DNA of 64,000 bases from Mobula hypostoma. Lineage: Eukaryota. Both the position numbers and the translations under genes were made by a program. Location: contig NC_086108.1 in the NCBI RefSeq assembly GCF_963921235.1, positions 17,050,001 through 17,114,000 of the forward strand, given 5' to 3'. The notes under the pieces are model-generated. The model had not been told where the DNA came from. It searched no databases and saw only the letters and a program-made list of their open reading frames with translations. The stretch's first letter is position 1; each line of letters starts with the position of its first letter. Positions 23,890 through 37,659 of this stretch are shown in pieces.

Positions 23890-25970
23890 TGATAAGCGCA
23901 GCAAAATGTATGGAAGAAATGTGGCAAATGTTCAGGGGATATTTGTGTGGAGTTCTGTAAAGGTACATCCCAATGAGACAGGCAAGGGATGGTAGGGTAC
24001 AAGAATCTTGGTGTACAAAAGCTGTTGTAACTCTAGTCAAGAAGAAAAGAAGAGCTTACGAAAGGTTCAAAAAACTAGGTAATGATCGAGATCTAGAAGA
24101 TATATAAGGCTAGCAGGAAGGAGTTTAAGAATGAAATTAGGAGAGCCAGAAGAGTCTATGAGAAAGCCCTGGCGAGCAGGATTAAGGAAAACCCCAAGGC
24201 ATTGAACAAGTATGTGAAGAATATGAGGATAAGATGTGAGAGAATAGGACCAATCAAGTGTGACAGTGGAAAAGTGTGTATGGAACTGGAGGAGATAGCA
24301 GAGGTACTTAGTGAGTACTTTGCTTCAGTATTCACTGGGGAAAAGGATCTTGGCAATTGTAGGGATGACTTACAGCAGACTGAAAAGCTTAAGCATGTAG
24401 ATATTAAGGAAGAGGCCCTGCTGGAGCTTTTGGAAAGCATCAAGTTGGATAAGTCACTCGGACCAGATGAGATGTATCCCAAGCTACTGTGGGAGGTGAG
24501 GGAGAAGATTGCTGAGCCTCTGGCAATGATCTTTGTATCATCAGTGGGGACAGGAGAGATTCTGAACGATTGGAGGGTTGCAGATATTTTTCCCTTATTC
24601 AAGAAATGGAGAAGAGATAGCCCAGGAAATTATAGACCAGTGAGTCTTACTTCAGTGATTGGTAAGTTGATAGAGAAGATCTTGAGAGGCAGGATTTATG
24701 ATCATTTGGAGAGGTATAATACGATTAGGAATACTCAGCATGGCTTTGTCAAAGGCAGGTCGTGCCTTACGAGCCTGATTGAACTTTCTGAGGATGTGAC
24801 TAAACACGTTGATGAATGAAGAGCATTTGATAAGTTACCCCATGCAAGGCTTATTGAGAAAGTAAGGAGGCATGGGATCCAAGGGGACATTACTTTGTGG
24901 ATCCAGAACTAGTTTGCCCACAGAAGGCAAAGAGTGGCTGTAGATGAGTCATATTCTGCATGGAGGTCGGTGACCGGTGGTGTGCCTCAGGGATCTGTTC
25001 TGGGACCCTACTCTGTGATTTTTATAAATGACCTGGGTGAGGAATTGGAGGGATGGGTTAGTAAATTTGCTGATGACACATAGGCTGGGGGGTGTTGTGG
25101 ATAGTGTGCAGGACTGTCAGAGGCTACAGCAGGACATCACTAGGATGCAAAACTGGGCTGAGAAGTGGCAGATGGCGTTCAACCCAGATAAGTGTGAGGT
25201 GGTTCATTTTGGTAGGTCAAATATGATGGCAGAATATGGTATTAATGGTAAGACTCTTGGGTGTGGAGGATCAGAGCGATCTTGGGGCCTGAGTCCATAG
25301 GACACTCAAAGCTGCTGCGCAGGTTGACTCTGTGGTTAAGAAGGCATACGGTGTATTGGCCTTCATCAATCATGGGATCGAGTTTAGGATTAGACAGGTA
25401 ATGTTGCAGCTATATAGGACCCTGGTCAGACCCCACTTGGAGTACTGTGCTCAGTTCTGGTCGCCTCACTACAGGAAGGATGTGGAAACCATAGAAAGAA
25501 TGGAAAGGAGATTTACAAAGATGTTGCCTGGATTGGGGAGCATGCCTTGTGAGAATAGATTGAGTGAACTGGGCCTTTTCTCCTTGGAGCGACGGAGGAT
25601 GAGAGGTGACCTGATAGAGGTCTATTAGATGATGAGAGGCATTTATCGTGTGGATAGTCAGAGGCTTTTTCCCAGGGCTGAAATGGCTAACATGAGAGGG
25701 CACAGTTTTAAGGTGCTTGAATGTAGGTACAGAGGAAATGTCAGCTAATTTTTTTACGCAGAGAGTGGTGAGTGTGTGGAATGGTCTGCCGGCGGCAGTG
25801 GTGGAGGTGGATACGATAGGGTCTTTTAAGAGACTCCTGGATAGGTACATGGAGCTTAGTAAAATAGAGGGCTATGGGTAACCCTAGGTAATTTCTAAGA
25901 TAAAGACATGTTTGGCTCAGCTTTGTGGGCCGAAGGGCCTGTATTGTGCAGTAGGTTTTCTATGTTTCCT
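23890..25970 (+). mobile_element. CR1 LINE (different subfamily), degenerate ORF2 and 3' tail
   Basis: PGNYRPVSLTS, QHGFVKGRSCLT and RPHLEYC motifs; tail ggccgaagggcctgt...ttctatgtttc. Confidence 0.95.
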
Positions 25971-27799
25971 TGAATTCTATATACCCTGTCACCTTCTGGG
26001 TTTAAAAACTTTTCATCACCTCCCTTTAATCCTTCTCCACTTGCTATATTCCCTAATTTTTGACATATCTGTTGGGGAAATAGGTACCTAATTTTGACTT
26101 CTTTGCTAGAAGTAATAGGTCTTCCCTATGTAAAGTATATACTGTACTTGGTCTCTCAATATTTTATGCAACTCAGTTAAGTCTGCATTCAAATTCTCTG
26201 AAGTCCCAGCCTATCCAATTTTTCCTTGCTGCTATCACTTCTCAGTCTTGACAAAATGTTCTGCATACAAATTGGGCAGATTGGTTTTCTGCAATTGTGC
26301 ATCAACTTCTCAAAAGTCCCTTTGACAGTCATTCCCATTTTCATTCCTTGCAATTGCTTTTAACCTTTCAGAACTGGGATGAAAGATCTACATAAATCTG
26401 TGAAAACAATCATTAAATGTTTTGTTTGTACACAGCATTCCTTTCCACCTGCTTTCCTTTTAAAATGTACCTCCACTGGAGGGTGAATACTTTAAACAAT
26501 CACTGGCTCTATCATTAGCACGGGAAGAAATTGGTACTGAAAGAGGATCTAGCACTTTCCTGGTGTAAATGATGAATAAACACTTCACGGGGTACCAGCT
26601 GGGTAACAGGTTTCGATTATAACAGACATTTCAATGATAAACTCTGCCATCTTCTTTAGGGATGAACTGGTTGAGGTTTACTGTGTATTGGATTTGGGCA
26701 AATACCAGATATACTTACTTACAGTGTTTCATTGAAATTACTTTTGATCCAATAACCAGTAGATATTCTTGTCATCCATGCTGCTACGTCATTATGAAGA
26801 TGCTCCCAAATGCAAGGGCCCCAAGGACCAACTATCCATAAGAACATAAGAAATAGGAGCAGGAGTTGGCCATCTGGCCCATTGAGCCTGCTCTGCCATT
26901 CAATAAGATCATGGCTGATCTGGTCATGGTCTCAACTCCACCTACCTGCCTTTTCCCCATTACCCTAATTCCCTACTACTCAAAAATCTATAGAAAAACA
27001 TAGAAAATAGGTGCAGGAGTAGGCCACAAGGCTATCTGACCTTGTCTTAAATATATTTACTACGGTGGCCTCCACTGATTTATTGGGCAGAGAATTCCAC
27101 AGATTCGCCAATCTCTGGGAAAAGCAGTTCCTCCTCATCTGCATCCTAAATCTACTGCCCCGAATCTTGAGGCTATGTCTCCTAGTTCTAGGCTCACCCA
27201 CCAGTGGAAATAACTTTCCTGCCTCTATCATCAATCCCTTTTATAATTTTATATGTTTCTATAAGATCTCCTCTCATCCTTCTGAATTCCAGTGAGTAGA
27301 CCCAGGCGACTCAATCTCTCCTCATAGTCTAACCCCCTCATCTCTGAAAAGAACCTGGTGAACCTCCTCTGCACCGCCTCCAAAGCCAGTATATCCTTCC
27401 TCAAGTAAGGAGACCAGAACTGCATGCAGTACTCCAGGTGTGGCCTCACCAGTACCCTGTATAGTTGCAGCATGACCTCCCTGCCCTTAACTTCAATCTC
27501 TCTAGCAATGAAGGCCATTTGCCTTCTTGATAGCCTGCTGCACCTGCAAACCAACATTTTATGATTCATTCACAAATATTCCCAAGTCCCTCTGCACAGC
27601 AGCATGTTGCAATTTTTTGCCATTTAAATAATAATCTGCTCTTTCATTTTTCCTTCCAAAGTGGATGACCTCACATTTACCAACATTGTACTCCATCTGC
27701 CCACTCACTTAACCCATCTATATCTCTCTGTAGACTCTCTGTATCCTCTGCACAATTTGCTTTTCCGCTCAACTTAGTATCATCAGTAAACTTAGATAC

Positions 27800-28465
27800 T
27801 GTCATGGTCTCCTAATTCCCTTTGATTGTGGCACACCTGATTCTCATCTAAACCTGCAGCATAAAAACCCTGGCTTTGCATCCACTCATTGCCAGATCGT
27901 TGCTTCAGTTTGTGTGGTTGTTCACGTTCTAGGCCGCTTAGAATTGTGTATTCTCATTTTTGTTTCCGTACTGTTTGCCTGTGTTAACCCTGTCTCTCAG
28001 CCACATAGAATTGCGTATTCTAAATTTTGTTCCCGTGCTGTTTGCCTGTGTTAACCCTGTCTCTCAACCGCTTAGAATTGTGTATTCTAAGTATTGTTTC
28101 CGTACTGTTGTTTGCCTGTGTTAACTCTGTCTCTCCATGTTAATAGGGGCGCTGCATGCCATCTGCCTTCCCGTTCATCCTTCTGCCTGCTGTTCTCCTC
28201 AATCCACGCTTGCACCTTGGTCTGCATCCCTGCTCTGCCTCATTCCGCTGCCCGCCTACATTCTCTGTTGGCTTGGTGGTTAAACGTCGCGTTCCTACCG
28301 CAGTGACCCGGGTTCGATCCCTGGTCAAGCCTCGCTTACTCCTCGGCTTTCCTCTGCCTAATCCTCGCTCCCCGGCCTTCCCTGCTACCATTAATAAACA
28401 CTCTTTAGATTACGCTACCTCCATGTCTGTGTCCTGCATTTGGGTTCACCCGTTCTACTGCAACA
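27800..28465 (+). mobile_element. Solo LTR with internal tandem repeats and a tRNA-like module
   Basis: TGTCA...CAACA termini; 5-bp TSD gatac (27795-27799, 28466-28470); TATA-like cataaaa at ~27860; AATAAA at 28393; three ~65-bp direct repeats at ~27934-28136. Confidence 0.88.
28262..28330 (+). pseudogene. tRNA-Glu-like sequence (Pol III A and B boxes) inside the LTR
   Basis: A box TGGCTTGGTGG (28269-28279), B box GGTTCGATCC (28311-28320), T-arm CCGGG/CCTGG. Colinear with vertebrate tRNA-Glu as I recall it; acceptor stem and anticodon arm are degenerate. Confidence 0.7.
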
Positions 28466-30474
28466 GATACACTACACTCGGTCCCCTCTTTTAATCATTA
28501 ATCTATATTGTGAATAGTTGTGGACCCAGCACCAACCCCTGTGCAACACCACTCACTACTGATTGCCAACCAGAGTAACACCCATGTATCCCCACTCTCT
28601 GCTTTCTATTAGTTAACCAATCCTCTATCCATGCTAATACATCACCCCCAACTCTATGCATCCTTATCTTATGGATAAGACTTTTATGTGCACCTTATCG
28701 AACGCCTTTTGGAAATCCAAGTAAATAATGCCCATCTGTTCCCCTCTACCCACTGTGCTCGTTATATCCTCAAAGAACTCCAGTAAGTTTGTCAAACAGG
28801 ACCTGCCTTTGCTGAATCCATGCCTTGCTATTTCTTCTTTAATGATAGCTTCAAGCATTTTCCCAACTACAGACTTTGGCCTTTAGTAACCTGCCTTTTG
28901 ACTACAGCCTTTTTTGAACAGTGGCGTGACATTCGCCATCTTCCAATCTGCTGGACCTGCCCAGAGTCCAGAAAAGTTTGGTAAACTGATCACCAAAGCC
29001 AGGTGGGCTGCCAGCGACGGTGGTGGAGGCTGATACGATAGGGTCTTTTAAGAGACTCCTGTCTAGGAGACTCCTACATGTCGCTCAGAAAAATAGAGGA
29101 CTATGGGTAACCTAAGGTAATTTCTAAGGTAAGGACATGTTCGGCACAGCTTTGTGGGCCGAAGGGCCAGTATTGTGCCCTATATTTTTTCTATGTGTTT
29201 TATATGTTTCTATAACTTCTGCCCTATCTTTCAGTACCCTAGGATGCATTCCATCAGGACCAGGGGACTTATCTATCTTCAGGCCCACCAGTTTGCTCGG
29301 CACTACCTCTTTAGTGTTAGCTATTGTATCAAGGTCCTCACCTCCAAGGCATCCATAACATCTCTCTTTGGGTATGTTAGATGTGTCCTCCACCATGAAG
29401 ACTGACACAAAATAGTCCTTCAAAGCTTTGGCCATTTCCTCCTTACCGAATATAAATTCCCCCTTCTCGTCCTCCAAGAGACCTAAGTTCACTTTAGCCG
29501 CATTTTTCCATTTTATATAATTATAAAAACTTCTACTATCAGATTCTATATTTTGTGCTAATTTATTTTCATAATCTACTTTCCCTTTCTTTATTGCTCG
29601 CTTAGTGGTACTTTGTTGTTTTTAAAAGTTTTCTCAATCTTCGTTTCCCACTACTCTTGGCACTTTGTATGCACGAGCTTTTAGTTTGATGTCTTCTTTT
29701 ATTTCCCTCGTTATCCAAGGCTGGTCTTCCGCACCCTTATCCTTGCTTTTAACTGGAATATACTTTTGTTGAGCACCGTGAAAAACCTCTTTGAAAATCT
29801 TCCATTGTTCCTCAACTGTCCTACCATATAGCCTGTGTTCCCAGTCTACACTAGCCAAATCCTCCCTTGTCCCAATGTAGTCTCCATTGTTTAGCCATAA
29901 TACACTGGTTGAGATCGAACTATTGCACCCCCATTTGTATGAGGAAGTCAATTATCCATGAGGAGGAGGAGCTGGAGTGGGTTCACTGGAAGAAGAGGAG
30001 GAGGAAGAGGAGGGGATGATTATAATGATAATGACTGTAGTACCTCATTGCGCCTGACATCCTGCATCATATCAAAGGAGAAAAGTAGATGTTACAGCAA
30101 TGAAGTTCAATTAGGAGATGTACTCAACACCAATATGCCTGGCACATGTCAGAGAGTATCTGGTATGGGAGCTTATTGCAAAGAAGGTCCACTGATCCAC
30201 CCTGTCTAAGGACTCTGATAATGTCCATAATTGAAATGTTTTCTTGACAATGCTGATACGAGTGCACATTTAGGTGGAGTGCTGGCTATTAGGCCTACTT
30301 CAGCAAATGCAAGAGGTGATGAGGAGCACAAAGAATTCCATTTACAAGCTCTCATCAGAAGTAACAGGCAGCCAGTAGATGCATCCGCAGGTTATGCAAA
30401 AGTAATACGCAGTCAGCAGACACACTCTGCAGATCATGTGCACAACTATACTGGGGATGATTAATAATCCTGCT

Positions 30475-32235
30475 AGAATCAGAATCAGGTTTATTATCAC
30501 CGGCATGTGATGTGAAATTTGGTAACTTAGCAGCAGCAGTTCAATGCAATACATAATGCAGAAGAGAGAAAAATATAATTTAAAAAGTAATAAGTAAGTA
30601 AATCAATTACAGTATACGTATATTGAATAGATTAAAAATTTTGCAAAAAACAGAAATAATATATATTTAAAAAGTGAGATAGTGTCCAAGGGTTTAATGT
30701 CCATTTAGGAATTGGATAGCAGAGGGGAAGAAGCTGTTCTTGAATCACTGAGTCTGTGCCTTCAGGCTTCCGTACCTCCTACCTGATGGTAACAGTGAGC
30801 AAAGGGCATGCCCTGGGTGTTGGAGGTCCTTAATAATGGACACCGCCTTTCTGAGACACCGCTTCCTGAAGATGTCCTGGGTACTTTGTAAGCTAATAGC
30901 CAAGATGGAGCTGACTAGAATTACAATCCTCTGCAGCTTCTTTCGGTCCTGTGCAGTAGCCAACCCCACCCCCCCACCTCCATACCAAGGCAGTGATGCA
31001 GCCTGTCAGAATGCTCTCTACGGTACATCTATAGAAGTTTTTGAGTGTATTTGTTGACATGCCAAATCTCTTCAGACTCCTAATGAAGTATAGCCGCTGT
31101 CTTGCCTTCTTTATAACTACATCGATATGTTGGGACCAGGTTAGATCCTCAGAGACCTTGACACCCAGGAATTTGAAACTGCTCACTCTCTCCACTTCTG
31201 ATCCCTCTATGAGGATTGGTATGTGTTCCTTCATCTTACCCTTCTGGAAGTCCACAATCAGCTCTTTCGTCTTACTGACATTGAGTGCCAGGTTGTTGCT
31301 GTGGCACCATTCCACTAGTTGGCATATCTCACTCCTGTACGCCCTCTCGTCACCACCTGAGATTCTACCAACAACGGTTGTATCATCAGTAAATTTGTAG
31401 ATGGTATTTGAGCTATGCCTAGCAACACAGTCATGTGTATGTAGAGAGTAGAGCAGTGGGCTAAGCACACATCCCTTACGTAGTTTTCTTCTTTCGATTG
31501 TTCTTTCTTTCCTCTTCTTTCTATGAGTGTATACCTCAGATAAATATTATGTGGAGATTTGTGACAAATATGATTATATGATATATATGTACAGTATCTG
31601 AAATACATCTTATAGATATGTTTGTTTGATGATGAAATTCAATAAAAAATAAATTACAAAAAAAAAGCACACATCCCTGAGGTGTGCCAATGTTGATCGT
31701 CAGTGAGGAGGATATGTTATCACCAATCCGTACAGACTGTGGTCTTCCGGTTAGGAAGTTGAGGATCCAATTGCAGAGGGAGGTACAGAGGCCCAGGTTC
31801 TGCAACTTCTCAATCAGGATTGTGGAAATGATGGTATTAAATGCTGAGCTATAGTCAATGAACAACATCCTGACATAGGTGCTTTTGTTGTCTAGGTGGT
31901 CTGAAGCCATGTGGAGAGCCATGGAGATTGTGTCTGCCGTTGACCTATTGTGGCAATAGGCAAATTGCAATGGGTCCAGGTCCTTGCTGAGGCAGGAGTT
32001 CAATCTAGTCATAACCAACCTCTCAAAGTGTTTCATCACTGTTGATGTGAGTGCTACTGGGCATTAGTCATTAAGGTAGCTCACATTATTCTTCTTAGGC
32101 ACTGGTATTAATTGTTGCCTTTTTGAAGCAAGTGGGAACTTCCGCCATTAGCAGTGAGAGGTTGAAAATGTCCTTTAATACTCCCACCAGTTGGTTAGCA
32201 CAGGCTTTCAGAGCTTTCCCAGGCACTCCATCGGG
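30475..32235 (-). mobile_element. Rex1/Babar-type LINE (RT), relatively well preserved
   Basis: [45 protein letters not shown] and VESILTGCIT motifs; (ctgatt)n tail at 30475-30490. Confidence 0.92.
31477..31664 (+). mobile_element. Polyadenylated retro-insertion (L1/Tx1-like 3' end)
   Basis: AATAAA followed by an A-tail; 14-bp TSD aagcacacatccct (31463-31476, 31665-31678); it splits the RT motif GCV/LSP. Confidence 0.8.
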
Positions 32236-32249
32236 ATCTGGATCAGCAT

Positions 32250-32910
32250 ACAGAGGGAGGAGAAGATGGCGACGCGACGCAGCTCGCAGTGGCCATTCCA
32301 GTTGTGATGTCTGTTATTTGTCAAGTAGGGTGCCATGCAAAACCCTGATTTGATGGAGACGGATGTGACAGCACGGAGGAACATCTGGTGAAACTTCTGA
32401 AATGCCTGCTTCGCTGCTGCTACTACTGTGTGGTCCAGAATCTCCGGAGGAGGAGGCCCGGAGTCCTTGGCGGCCGGGGCAGGGTCGAAGCGCTCGGCAG
32501 AGGATGGTGCTCGGAGAGGCTGTGTTGGAGGGGTTGATCAGAGGCTCAAAGTTTTCAGACGGACTCAGAGTCCACTGCAGTCAGGTGTTTCCAATGGTGA
32601 TGCATCAGCAAGTTGGCGGCGCTTGGAGGTTCATGGCAGGGAGAGTTTCTCCCTTCTGCTGCCTGCATGAGATGGTGAGTCTATTGGGACTTTGAGACTC
32701 TTTTTACCATGCCCATGGTCTGCTCTTTATCAAATTATGGTATTGCTTTGCTCTGTTGTAACTATATGTTATAATTATGTGGTTTTGTCAGTTTTAGTCT
32801 TGGTTTGTCCTGTGTTTTCTTGTGATATCATTCTGGAGGAACGTTGTATCATTTTTAAATGCATGCATTTCTAAATGACAATAAACAAGGATTGAGTGTC
32901 CTCATAATGT
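32250..32910 (+). mobile_element. Non-autonomous LINE-derived/SINE-like element
   Basis: GC-rich head beginning aagatggcg, T-rich body and a gacaataaa tail; no credible ORF. Confidence 0.55.
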
Positions 32911-32911
32911 A

Positions 32912-33292
32912 ACTAGTAGAGTGGATAGGGGAGAACCAGTGGATGTGGTATATTTGGATTTTCAAAAGCTTTTGACAAGGTCCCACACAGGAGATTAGTG
33001 TGCAAACTTAAAGCACACAGTATTGGGGGTAAGGTATTGATGTGGATAGAGAATTGGTTAGCAGACAGGAAGCAAAGAGTGGGAATAAACGGGACCTTTT
33101 CAGAATGGCAGGCAGTGACTAGTGGGGTACTGCAAGGCTCAGTGCTGGGACCCCAGTTGTTTACAATATATATTAATGACTTGGATGAGGGAATTAAATG
33201 CAGCATCTCCAAGTTTGCGGATGACACGAAGCTGGGCGGCAGTGTTAGCTGTGAGGAGGATGCAGGGTTAGGTGAGTGCGCAAATTGGTGGA
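32912..33292 (+). mobile_element. CR1 RT internal fragment
   Basis: Near-identical inverted copy of ~22910-23300 ([13 protein letters not shown]...KFADDTK). Confidence 0.9.
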
Positions 33293-34825
33293 GCAACTGA
33301 GAGCAATGATACCCAACCTGTAGCAGGAAAAATATCTAACTGACTTCTGCCACAATGTCACTACTGAAACTTCCATTAAATGTCAACAGCTAAGTGCAGG
33401 GGAAAAAACATTCCCTGCTGTGAATTCTGAGAATGCCCAGTCAACCTGATACAAGAACAGAAATTGCCTAAACCACTCTGTGTTTTGATTTTTAAGCCTT
33501 TTGAAGTCTGTGGTGTGTCCCTTAACAGACGCAATTGCAACAAAGTAGAGCAGTGCCCTCTCAGTTGTACAGTGAGTGATCAGCAAAAGGCTTTAGAATG
33601 GGAACAGTCCCTTCAGCCCATTAAATTTATGCCAACTATCCACCAATCTTTTACACTAAGTCTTTATTAAATCCATTTTTTATTCTCATCAACTTTCCCC
33701 ATATTCTACCACTCATTAATCTTTGGGATGTGAGAGGAGACTCACAGTCACAAGGAGACACGGAGACTCCACCCAAGTGGGACCTGAGGTTAAGAATGAA
33801 TCCTAGTCTCAGGACAATGAGGGAACTGCTCAATTAACAAAACAATGAAATTAGTTAACTTTAATATGTTTACACAACAAGTCTATTCTTACATAAACTG
33901 CAGGCATATTGACTCTATTCAAATTATATTGATTGTAAGTTTATTTTACATGACAGAATAAGATTTTGCACAATGTAAACAAATGTAATCAAAGCCCCAG
34001 TTACACTTATCTGTTGTGCAGCTTGCTTTCAGATCCTCTGTACAAATGAAGAAATGCTGTGGTTCTGTGTGCACACCCCCTGAACATACATAGTGCGGTC
34101 AGAGAGCACTCGATACAGGTTCTGTGCAGAGACCCCCTGAACATACATAGTGCTGTCAGACAGATTTTGATGTCAGTTATAAATGATTCATTTGCACATA
34201 TCTGAGCCATTAAAGGTGTTGGTCAGTGCTTTAAAATTAACCCTTCTTCATTATTCCATAAAGGGAACCAGCCCGACCAGGCTTAGAATGAATCCTCCTC
34301 GAGGTAAATATCATTAAAAATGTTGTTATGGCTTCCTCCCTGCAGGTTAAATATAGATCCCTATCATCAGACCCCAACCAGCTCATGTCCCAGAGCCCCC
34401 AAACTCTTCATTTAATTATGAGACCTCCTCTCATTCTTCTAAACTGAAAGAGTCGATGCCCAGTCTGATTAATCTGTGCTGACAGGACTAAATCCACTTC
34501 CTGGGAATCAATCTAGAGAACCTTTGTTCCACTTTCTTTCTATCCTAGGCACACACTAAATTTCTACTCAAATCTTCTTGCAATAAAGGCCAGCGTAATG
34601 TTTGCATTCACAATTGCTCATTGTACTGTCATATTAACTTACAGTATAAAGACAATCCGACGTTCCCCATAAAGACAGCTGGGCATTTTTGAACACCATT
34701 ATTTTCAAACTCTCATCATTTAAAAGACAATCTGCCTTTCTGTTTCACTGATCAAAGTGGATGATCTGACATATTCCCACATTATATTCCATTTGCCATT
34801 CTTTCATCCTTTCAATTAACATGAA

Positions 34826-35305
34826 AGATTCTGCAGATGCTTGAAATCCAGAACAACACACGCAAAATGCTGGAGGAATTCAGCAAGTCAGGCAGCATCT
34901 AAGGATGGGAATAAACAGTTGATGTTTCTGGCCAAGACCTTTCATCAGAACTGGAAAGGAAGGGAGAATAAAAAGAGTACAAGCTGGCAGGTGATAGTGG
35001 AGAGCAGGTGAAGGAGGTGGGTGAGCAGGAGATAGGTGGTGATAGGTGGAAGAAATGAAGGACTGAAGAAGATAGAGTCTGGAAAGAAAGGCAGTGGATC
35101 ATGGAAGAAAGGGAAGGAGGATGGGAGTCAGAAGGATGTAACAGGGAGGTGAGAGAAGAGAAGGGGTGAGGGGGGACCAGAATGAAGAATAGGAAAAGAG
35201 AGAATGGAGAAGTGGGAAAATTTACCAGAAGTTAGAGAAATTGATGTTCATGCTGTCAGGTTGGAGGCTAACCAGAAAGAATATGAGGTGTTGCTCCCAT
35301 GCAAG
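34826..35305 (-). mobile_element. PLE pseudo-LTR and ORF C-terminus, decayed
   Basis: Reverse complement of 19530-20040, with a hammerhead-like core at ~34917-34952. Shorter pieces of this family occur at ~8960, 21190, 36000, 50900 and 55190. Confidence 0.75.
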
Positions 35306-35528
35306 GGTTTAGAACGGGAGATATTAGTATCAAGAGAAAAGCACACTCATTAAGACTGAAATGAGAAGGAATTTCTTCTGAGGGGAAGGATGTTTGAACC
35401 TCAGAGGAATTAAGATCAGACAGAAAACTGGAGTTGGGCAAAAAGATCATATCTGACATAATTTTACCAAATGATGGTGCTGAATTGAGGGCCACATGTC
35501 CCAATCCAGCTCTTAATTCTTCGGTAGT

Positions 35529-35815
35529 TGGGGCATCATGGTAGTGTAGAAGTTAGTGTGACACCTTTTCAGCTGGGGACGTCAGAGTTCAGAGTTCAAT
35601 TCCAGTGGCGTCTGTAAGAAGTTTGTACGTCCTCCCCTGGATGTGTGGATTTCCTCCAGATGCTCCGGTTTCCTCCCGCATTCCAAAGATCTACCAGTTA
35701 GTCAACTATTTTATTATTGCAAATTGTCCTGCCATTAGACTAGGGTTAAATAGATGGAATGCTGGAGCTGTGGCTAGGCTATGTGAGCCTGTTCACACTT
35801 CATCTCTAAATAATT
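35529..35815 (+). mobile_element. tRNA-derived SINE
   Basis: A box tggtagtgtag, B box gagttcaattcc, and a body motif tgctccggtttcctcccgcattccaaaga. A related fragment lies at ~51290-51535. Confidence 0.7.
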
Positions 35816-37659
35816 AGAATCTAGAGAAACAGAAAGAGTAAGAAAAAATAATCAGGCAGCTTTTACATCTCTAAAAAGTTTTTTGGTTAAGTTATGAGAT
35901 TCTGCAATGTCAATTTTTCCCTCTGTAATTGGAAAGAATGTTTGAGATTACGTCAACGTTAATCATTAATTTAAGAGGTTGGGAAGGGAGAAACTCTCCA
36001 GGCAGCATCTATGGAAAAGGGTAACTTTTCAAGCTGAGTCCTGACTTCAGCTCCAGCAATCTGTGTGTGTTACTTGGAATTTCCAGCATCTGCAGATTTT
36101 TTCATCTTTGAAGTTTATAAAAAGGTAACATGGAAAATTGAATACCTATATTGTAAGAAACCAATGATGAGAAGCAAGTTTAGAAACCAGCATATGTTGC
36201 AGATTCACCACTTGTGTCTGTTAGTTCTGTGAGCTTCCTGGGCAGTTCATGCATTTGTAACAGTGTACACCATTATTTTCAGCTGAATATTCAGCCCAAC
36301 ATACCTTCAGGCAGGATTCTTACTAACTGGGCTTGTTTTTTGTTGGGCAGTATGATTGGTAGCAACCACTCTCACTAAAAATAGCACAGCTTTGTTGGAA
36401 AAGAAATGAGGCCAGTCGACAGTGAAATGGTATTAATCTTTTATTTGGTTTATTTAATGTGTGCTAGATATTATCCAAATAAACACTGGCAGAAATATCT
36501 ACAATACATCAAGCAGGTCTACAGATGTAATGTTCCTTCAGACATACACAGGGCAGTATCAATGGATTAAGAATCTTCTGCACATGGAAACAAATCAATC
36601 CTGTCTTTCTTTTTCAAAAATTGCACTGTAGACCGGTGTGTAGAGGCATTTGCTGTGAAAAGGACAAAATTGGCTGAGAAACCAAAGCTACCGAAAAGGG
36701 AGATATGAAACATAACTCACTTCTTTCTTCATGATGAAGCAATTTTAATGTCTTGCTTTTAGTACCATTCCAGTTGGTAAACAACAGCTGCTTCTATCTG
36801 GAAGCTGCATATAGTTTTTGAAAAAAACAGATTCCATTCGAGAAATGGCAGGCTTTCAGTGATTATACAGATTAAAGCAATTCGGGCACTGATGCTGGTA
36901 ACTGCACACTGAAAAAAACACACACAAATCCTGTGCAACATTTGAAGGGATTAGTAAAGCAATCAGAAATATTATGCTTTCAGCAGAACTTCAAACCTAA
37001 CTGGGTATTCTGGGGCTTGCTGATAAAGAGAGGTCACTGTCAGACAGAGGCAGAGAAATCATCGGCAAAATAGTTGAATGTTCTCAGTGGAGCAGAGATA
37101 ATTAATTGCAAAACTAATTTTTATTAATGTCTCTCATCTAATAGATAGGGTATAAAAATCTACATTTGGCAAGTGGTTTAATATTATTCTAAGGCCCTTA
37201 AAGTAATTAACTGTATGTGGTTAGCTGCAGCAATGAATAGACTGTACTGCCCGGATGTGAGAGTTTCTGAAATTGAGTTGAACTGTTGGCAAAGTGCTGG
37301 GTTTTTGTCCAAAAGGAGCAGTTAGAAAACTGCCATTCTGGTAAGTGACTAACAATTTTTAAATCATTTTCAAAGATGTGTTGTGATATATGAAACCTCA
37401 TGTATAAAGTTACTTTTTATTGCATATCTACATTAACTCACCACCAGGCATAGGAGAATGTTTAGTGATTCATTAATTTGCTACTTCATGAATGACTCAG
37501 TACTTTTCTAGGATAGGGCAAGCACACCCATGCACCTGATTGATCTTTGAGAGTTTTTGTAGTGCCAAAATTGTCAGGCAGAATTTCCATATCAGTTGGA
37601 ATTTGATTAACAGTGATCATCGGGAGTGATGTTGAGGAATATTATGCTTGGTCATTTGA

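Larger units (their letters stand above)
26838..29930 (-). mobile_element. CR1 LINE, degenerate, with a nested LTR (27800-28465) and a + strand CR1 3' tail (~29001-29210)
   Basis: Minus ORFs with DKSPGPDGMHPRVLK, HGFSKGRSCLTNLLEFF and RPHLEYC; cataagaa tail at 26838. Confidence 0.9.

Noticed and set aside
28262..28330. Functional tRNA gene
   Set aside because: The acceptor stem does not pair fully, the anticodon loop is non-canonical, and there is no oligo-T terminator directly downstream.
29955..30470. Acidic GAG-rich stretch as a coding remnant
   Set aside because: No sustained ORF or identifiable motif; probably an old repeat fragment that I cannot classify.
34056..34165. ~57-bp two-copy tandem repeat (another two-copy repeat lies at ~40198/40301)
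   Set aside because: Real but only two diverged copies; ordinary local duplication with no evident function.
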